This document shows, one piece after another, positions 59,028-64,000 of a DNA stretch of 64,000 nt. The translations under genes and the position numbers were made by a program. Source of the stretch: an uncultured Clostridia bacterium (GTDB lineage: Bacteria > Bacillota > Clostridia > TANB77 > CAG-508); contig CAKOWY010000001.1 in NCBI GenBank assembly GCA_934129895.1, positions 272,788 through 336,787 of the forward strand, given 5' to 3'. The notes beneath the pieces are model-generated. The model saw only the letters and a program-made list of their open reading frames with translations, was not told the DNA's origin and made no database searches. The stretch's first letter is position 1. The number at the start of each line of letters is the position of its first letter.

Positions 59028-61745
59028 TTATTCATCTTTTGCTGTATTTAACTTAAACAATTTTAAAATTTCTACTATAATTACTGGTGAAATAATTAAA
59101 ATTATTGTTTCAATTACATTATCTTTTGGAAGTATTGGAATACTAAATATTGTTCTTAATTGCGGTATAAATAATATTACAACCATCAATAATGCTGATG
59201 CAAGAATTGCTAATATTAATACTCCATTTCCTAATATTCCTGTTTTAAATATTGATTGTTTGTTATCTCTTACATTAAATACATGAATTAGTTCTGAAAA
59301 TGCTAATACTATAAATGCCATTGTTTGCCCAACTTCTATTTTTGTTTGTTCTAATGTTAATCCTTCTATTGCTTGTGTTGTTGATCCTATTCCTATTAAA
59401 TATGCTGCAAGTGTTAATAACCCAATCATTATTCCTTGATAAATAATTCTAAATGTTCTTCCTTTTGTAAATATACCTTCATCTTTCTTTATTGGTTTTC
59501 TGCTCATTATATCTGAATTGGCTGGATCAAATGCTAATGCTAATGCTGGAAATGTATCTGTTACTAAGTTTATCCATAAAATATGTATTGGCATTAAAAC
59601 TTGTATCATTGTTACATCTGATATTCCAAAAAATTGTCCTATTTGTGGTGCAAACAATGTTGCTAATAATAATACTATAACTTCTCCAACATTACATGAA
59701 AGTAAAAATTGAATTACTTTTAGAATATTGTCATATATACGTCTACCTTCTTCAACTGCTGATACTATTGTAGCAAAATTATCATCTGTTAGTATTACAT
59801 CTGCAGCTTCTTTTGCTACTTCTGTTCCAACTTTTCCCATTGCGCAACCAATATCTGCTGTTTTTAATGCTGGACTATCATTTACTCCATCACCTGTCAT
59901 TGCAACAATTTCACCATTAGCTTGCCAAGCTTTTACTATTCTAACTTTATGTTCTGGTGAAACTCTTGCATATACTGAATATTTTCTTATATTCTTTGTT
60001 AAGTCACTATCTGACATTTTATCAAGTTCAGTACCTGTTAATGCTTCACTTTCATCTACCAATATTCCTAATTTTTTTGCAATTGCAATTGCAGTTACCT
60101 TATGATCTCCTGTAATCATAACTGTTTTTATTCCTGCTTTTTTACATTTTTCAACTGCCCTTTTTGCTTCTAATCTTGGTGGATCTATCATTCCAACCAT
60201 TCCAATAAATGTCAAGTTATTTTCTATTGTTTTCATTTCTTCTTTTGATGGTAAATGATCCATTTCTTTATATGCAAATGCTAATACTCTTAATGCTTCT
60301 TTTGCCATTTTTTCATTATTTTCTCTTATCCATTTTGCATAACTATCTAAATTTGTTCTAATTTCCCCTTTGTATAAGAATGAGTTACAACATTTTAATA
60401 ATTCGTCAACTCCACCTTTTGTATATACAATATATTTTCCATTATTTTTATTTACTGTTGTCATCAATTTTCTTTCAGAATCAAATGGAACTTCTTGAAC
60501 TCTTGGATTTTCTCTATATATAGATTTTTCATAATCTAACTTAAATGCCATATCTACTAATGCTGTTTCTGTTGGATCTCCCGCAAGTTGTCCATTTTCT
60601 AGTACTCTTGAATCATTACACAACATGCAATTATATACTAATTTTTTAAAATCTTCAGTTGTATTTATTTTATTTATATCTTGTAATATATCATCACAAA
60701 ATACTTTTTCAACTGTCATTTTGTTTTGTGTCAGTGTTCCTGTTTTATCAGAACATATTACAGTACTACTTCCTAGTGTTTCTACTGCTGGTAATTTTTT
60801 AACTATCGCATTTTTCTTTACCATCTTTTGAACACCTATTGCTAAAACTATTGTTGATACTGCTACAAGTCCTTCTGGTATTACAGCTACAGCAAGTGAT
60901 ACCGCTGTCATAAACATATTTATAATTTCTTTTCCTTGTATTAATCCTATTATAAATATAACTGCACATATAACTATACAAGCTATTCCTAATGTTTTTC
61001 CTAAATTATTTAGTCTTTGCTGTAATGGTGTTTCTTGCTTTTCTGCATTATCTAACATTCCTGCAATTTTTCCAACTTCTGTATCCATTCCTGTATTTAC
61101 TACAATTGCTTTTCCTCTTCCATAAGTTATTAAACTTGATGAAAATAGCATATTTTTTCTATCACCAATTCCAATTTCTGCACCATCTATTTTTTCAGAA
61201 ATCTTCTCTACTGGAACTGATTCTCCTGTTAATGATGATTCTTGAGATTTTAAGTTTACAGCTTCTATTATCCTTAAATCTGCAGCTACATAATCTCCTG
61301 TTTCTATAACAACAACATCACCTGGTACTAATTCTCTTGCTGGTATTACTTGTTCTTTTCCATTTCTTATTACTTTTGAGGCATGACTACTTAATTTTTT
61401 TAATGCTTCTAAAGATTTTTCTGCTTTACTTTCTTGTGCTACTCCTATTACTGCATTTAATAATACTACTATTAATATTATTATTGTGTCTGAAAAACCT
61501 TCTCCTTGTGCTACTCCTACTACTCCTGATACTATTGCTGCTATTATTAATACAATTATTGAAAAATCTTTAAATTGTTCCAAAAATTTTTTTAGTAATG
61601 AATCTTTTTTCTTTTCTTGTAATTCATTTATTCCATATTTTTTTACCTTTTCTTGGACTTGATTAGTGTTCAAACCTTTTTGACAATCTGTTCCTAATTC
61701 TTTTTCTACTTCTTGGCTTGTTTTATTAAACCAATTTTTTTCCAT
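59028..61745 (-). CDS. calcium-translocating P-type ATPase (type IIA/IIB)
   Basis: It has the phosphorylation motif DKTGTLT and the hinge motif TGDGVNDSPALK. A PEGL motif in TM4 (IPEGLVAVSTIVLAIG) is present, and it is 905 aa long. Confidence 0.85.
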   Translation of the reverse strand: MEKNWFNKTSQEVEKELGTDCQKGLNTNQVQEKVKKYGINELQEKKKDSLLKKFLEQFKDFSIIVLIIAAIVSGVVGVAQGEGFSDTIIILIVVLLNAVIGVAQESKAEKSLEALKKLSSHASKVIRNGKEQVIPARELVPGDVVVIETGDYVAADLRIIEAVNLKSQESSLTGESVPVEKISEKIDGAEIGIGDRKNMLFSSSLITYGRGKAIVVNTGMDTEVGKIAGMLDNAEKQETPLQQRLNNLGKTLGIACIVICAVIFIIGLIQGKEIINMFMTAVSLAVAVIPEGLVAVSTIVLAIGVQKMVKKNAIVKKLPAVETLGSSTVICSDKTGTLTQNKMTVEKVFCDDILQDINKINTTEDFKKLVYNCMLCNDSRVLENGQLAGDPTETALVDMAFKLDYEKSIYRENPRVQEVPFDSERKLMTTVNKNNGKYIVYTKGGVDELLKCCNSFLYKGEIRTNLDSYAKWIRENNEKMAKEALRVLAFAYKEMDHLPSKEEMKTIENNLTFIGMVGMIDPPRLEAKRAVEKCKKAGIKTVMITGDHKVTAIAIAKKLGILVDESEALTGTELDKMSDSDLTKNIRKYSVYARVSPEHKVRIVKAWQANGEIVAMTGDGVNDSPALKTADIGCAMGKVGTEVAKEAADVILTDDNFATIVSAVEEGRRIYDNILKVIQFLLSCNVGEVIVLLLATLFAPQIGQFFGISDVTMIQVLMPIHILWINLVTDTFPALALAFDPANSDIMSRKPIKKDEGIFTKGRTFRIIYQGIMIGLLTLAAYLIGIGSTTQAIEGLTLEQTKIEVGQTMAFIVLAFSELIHVFNVRDNKQSIFKTGILGNGVLILAILASALLMVVILFIPQLRTIFSIPILPKDNVIETIILIISPVIIVEILKLFKLNTAKDE

Positions 61746-62007
61746 ACCAATTACCTCTCTTTTCTAATTGTATTTTTTGTCTTTTAACTTTAGTTCTAAA
61801 CTTTACATATAAAATTTATGCTTGTATATAATATTTAGAACCAAATAAAGACTTTTAAAGAAAAAATATAATTAAATTATTATATCCTTTCTTTAAAAGT
61901 CTCGTTTACTCCTTGAAGCTTGTTAACCAGATTCTTATGAATCGCGGTTGTTGATTAACAATTTAAAACTACTCCCTCTTAATATTATAGAATTTTATTT
62001 ATTATTT

Positions 62008-62082
62008 TGGTGACCCGTACGAGAATCGAACTCATGATTCCACCTTGAGAGGGTGGCGTCTTAGCCGCTTGACCAACGGGCC
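62008..62082 (-). tRNA. tRNA-Glu (anticodon CUC)
   Basis: The reverse complement GGCCCGTTGGTCAAGCGGCTAAGACGCCACCCTCTCAAGGTGGAATCATGAGTTCGATTCTCGTACGGGTCACCA folds as a cloverleaf: a 7-bp acceptor stem, a TTCGATT T-loop and a CTCTCAA anticodon loop. Its 5' half is near-identical to Bacillus tRNA-Glu, and the CCA is encoded. Confidence 0.8.
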
Positions 62083-62198
62083 ATTATTTTTAGTACTTAT
62101 TATTTATATCATATTTATTTTAATTCGTCAATTGTTTTTTGTATTTTTTCATATATAAAAAGCCATAAATCGCAAAAAGCAATCTATGGCTTGGGCTG

Positions 62199-62852
62199 TT
62201 AGAATATTACTTCTACATTCTCAAGTACAATTGTTTGAATTTCTTTTATCCGATTATTTTTCGCATAAAGAACTGCTGTGAAACCATCCAGAACAAAATT
62301 ATGACAATCCACAATAATGGGTTTAGGAAACTGTTTACATCTCATATAGTACTCTTTTATTTTTTTATACTTATTGGTACTGGTATCTGTTAAGTCTATT
62401 GTAACTATCAAGTCAGATATTGGTCTTTTGCTAATCCATTCTTCTGGCAAAATGTGTACCCATCTTATTTGAAACATTTTGCTTTGGAAATATTCTCTCC
62501 TAAATTGTGATTGTAGCTTCTCATCTTTTAGGTTCATATAAGCTCTGAACTGTTCTGGCGTCATATCTTCTTTTTTGCCATTACAATTTCTGCAACATGG
62601 AACCATATTTTGAGGAATTGTTGGACCACCCAATGCTTGTGGATATACATGATCTAATGTTATTTTACTCTTTTCAACATGTTTACCACAATAATGGCAT
62701 CTATCATTTCCTTTCAATTTATATGTTATGTCATACATTATATCTTGAAACTTTCCTTGCCGTCCTTTCAATTTCAACACATTTTCTGTTTCAAAAGCAA
62801 TAATTTCTCCTTCTTTTTCAAAAGTATACCCCTTAGGAATTTCAATAATCAT
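62199..62852 (-). CDS. HNH endonuclease-domain protein with a C-terminal domain loosely resembling a ParB/Srx-like fold
   Basis: The HNH motif spans CHYCGK...LDHVYPQALGG...NMVPCCRNCNGKK, with two CxxC pairs, a His and an Asn. The C-terminal PIIVDCHNFVLDGFTAVLYAK segment is loosely similar to the ParB-N IxVD....LxDGhHR motif. Confidence 0.6.
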   Translation of the reverse strand: MIIEIPKGYTFEKEGEIIAFETENVLKLKGRQGKFQDIMYDITYKLKGNDRCHYCGKHVEKSKITLDHVYPQALGGPTIPQNMVPCCRNCNGKKEDMTPEQFRAYMNLKDEKLQSQFRREYFQSKMFQIRWVHILPEEWISKRPISDLIVTIDLTDTSTNKYKKIKEYYMRCKQFPKPIIVDCHNFVLDGFTAVLYAKNNRIKEIQTIVLENVEVIF

Positions 62853-62915
62853 TAAATCTCCTCCTTCTACTTTTGTTGTTTTTATATTATATCATTTTTT
62901 ATTTTTAGTCAAATT

Positions 62916-63623
62916 TTATTCATAAAAATAATCAATAATTCCATTGTATATTCCCCATGCAAGTCTATTTTGATATTCATCTTCTAAAAGCTTTTTTTCT
63001 TCTTCTGGATTAGACAAAAATCCACACTCAACTATTGTTATTGGAATTTCTACGTTTTTTATAATATATATATTGTCAATTGTTTTTGCAATTCTGTTAT
63101 TTTCTTTTGGCATAACATTATTTAAATTATTTTGTATTAATTCTGCTATCTTTTTTCCCTCTTCACTTCCTGCTTTATAAAATGTTTGCCACCCATCATA
63201 TTTCTGTTGTGGTATTTTATTTAAATGTATTGATACAAATAAATCTGCTGAACTTTCATTTCCTATTTTTACTCTATTATGTATGTCAGATATTTTTTTC
63301 TGTTTCAATGTTTTGGCATCTAAATCATATATTGCATTTTCATCTGATCTTGTTAATATTACTGTAGTTCCACTTTGTTCAAGTAAATTTTGCAATTTTA
63401 AAGCAATTTTCAAATTTGTTTCAGCTTCTGTTGTTCCAGAACTACTTTGTGCTCCTTCATCTGGTTTTCCATGTCCTGCATCTATTACTATTGTTTTTCC
63501 TGATACAGGTAATGATACTGTTGGAACCATTTCTTTTTTGTCTGTTATTAATATAAATGTAAATATTGAGACAAATACACTCATTAATAAAAATGTTATT
63601 CTTTTTTTGCTTAATACTATCAT
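62916..63623 (-). CDS. cwlD: N-acetylmuramoyl-L-alanine amidase (Amidase_3; CwlD-like)
   Basis: VIDAGHGKPDEGA...TTVILTRSDEN...VSIHLN is an Amidase_3 zinc-site pattern, and the size (235 aa) and signal anchor fit CwlD. Confidence 0.7.
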   Translation of the reverse strand: MIVLSKKRITFLLMSVFVSIFTFILITDKKEMVPTVSLPVSGKTIVIDAGHGKPDEGAQSSSGTTEAETNLKIALKLQNLLEQSGTTVILTRSDENAIYDLDAKTLKQKKISDIHNRVKIGNESSADLFVSIHLNKIPQQKYDGWQTFYKAGSEEGKKIAELIQNNLNNVMPKENNRIAKTIDNIYIIKNVEIPITIVECGFLSNPEEEKKLLEDEYQNRLAWGIYNGIIDYFYE

Positions 63624-63674
63624 AATAAAAAAACTCCCATACTTTTTTTATTATTGTATGCGAGTCTTTTTTTA

Positions 63675-64000
63675 TTATGAATTTCCATTTTTACATATCT
63701 TGACTTTTATAATTCTTTTGTCTTCATATTCTTCGATTTTAAATGTTAATTCTTCTGTTTCTATTACAGGGTTTTCATTTTCTGTTGGTATTCTTCCTAA
63801 TTCATCTTGTAAATATCCTGATAAAGTATCATAATCTCCTTCTGGAATATGTGAATTTAGGATTTTATTTACATCATATATTGGCAAATTTCCTGATAAT
63901 ATAAATGTTTTATCATCTATTTTCTCATATTCATTTTCTATTTCATCATACTCATCATATATATCTCCAACTATTTCTTCTAATATATCTTCCACTGTAA
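63675..64000 (-). CDS. CorC/HlyC-family (CBS-pair transporter-associated) protein, C-terminal part; gene continues beyond window end
   Basis: LEEIVGDIYDEYDE...transporter-associated C-terminal domain. The ORF is open to the window edge. Confidence 0.55.
   Translation of the reverse strand, partial: TVEDILEEIVGDIYDEYDEIENEYEKIDDKTFILSGNLPIYDVNKILNSHIPEGDYDTLSGYLQDELGRIPTENENPVIETEELTFKIEEYEDKRIIKVKICKNGNS

Noticed and set aside
1-64000. CRISPR arrays, rRNA genes, IS elements.
   Set aside because: No regularly spaced short direct repeats, no rRNA-like GC-rich conserved blocks and no transposase ORFs were found on scanning. The only tandem-like repeats are coding ChW modules.

Overview
This window reads as a low-GC Firmicute, Clostridium-like chromosomal region, with sampled 60-nt stretches at about 20-25% GC. 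Almost every gene is on the minus strand. From high to low coordinate the order is: a partial CorC/HlyC gene, cwlD, an HNH nuclease, tRNA-Glu(CUC), a Ca2+ P-type ATPase, a peroxiredoxin, a 767-aa unknown protein translationally coupled to era, era, a yqzL-like ORF and recO. Next comes a roughly 25-kb cell-wall glycopolymer locus with many GT2 enzymes, two polytopic GT-C-like membrane proteins, an LtaS-like enzyme, galE, a TagGH-type ABC exporter and two ChW-repeat peptidoglycan hydrolases. This is followed by mreB and a HAD nucleotidase-like gene. The main candidate for an undescribed system is a compositionally distinct island of about 5.7 kb at 21.6-27.3 kb, where sampled stretches reach 35-45% GC. 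It carries an unknown 240-aa gene and a tightly coupled four-gene operon: a Ycf46-family AAA+ ATPase, a Ycf35/DUF1257-like protein, a MiaB/RimO-type radical-SAM methylthiotransferase-like enzyme, and a novel 319-aa protein. Three consecutive TAATG stop/start overlaps link the four genes. Each unit is driven by a near-identical consensus TTGACA-N17-TGnTATAAT promoter and closed by a hairpin terminator. Below the island sit an operon-like array of Cys-rich/coiled-coil hypothetical proteins, a four-subunit 2-oxoacid:ferredoxin oxidoreductase (gamma-delta-alpha-beta), murE-mraY-ftsW/spoVE-murG, an orphan PAS histidine kinase, spoIIP, dnaE, a uridine-kinase-like protein, an RNHCP protein, rpmB, trmL and a sigma-factor fragment. 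I saw no CRISPR array, transposase, integrase or rRNA. Most plus-strand ORFs in the track are antisense artefacts of the AT-rich sequence.
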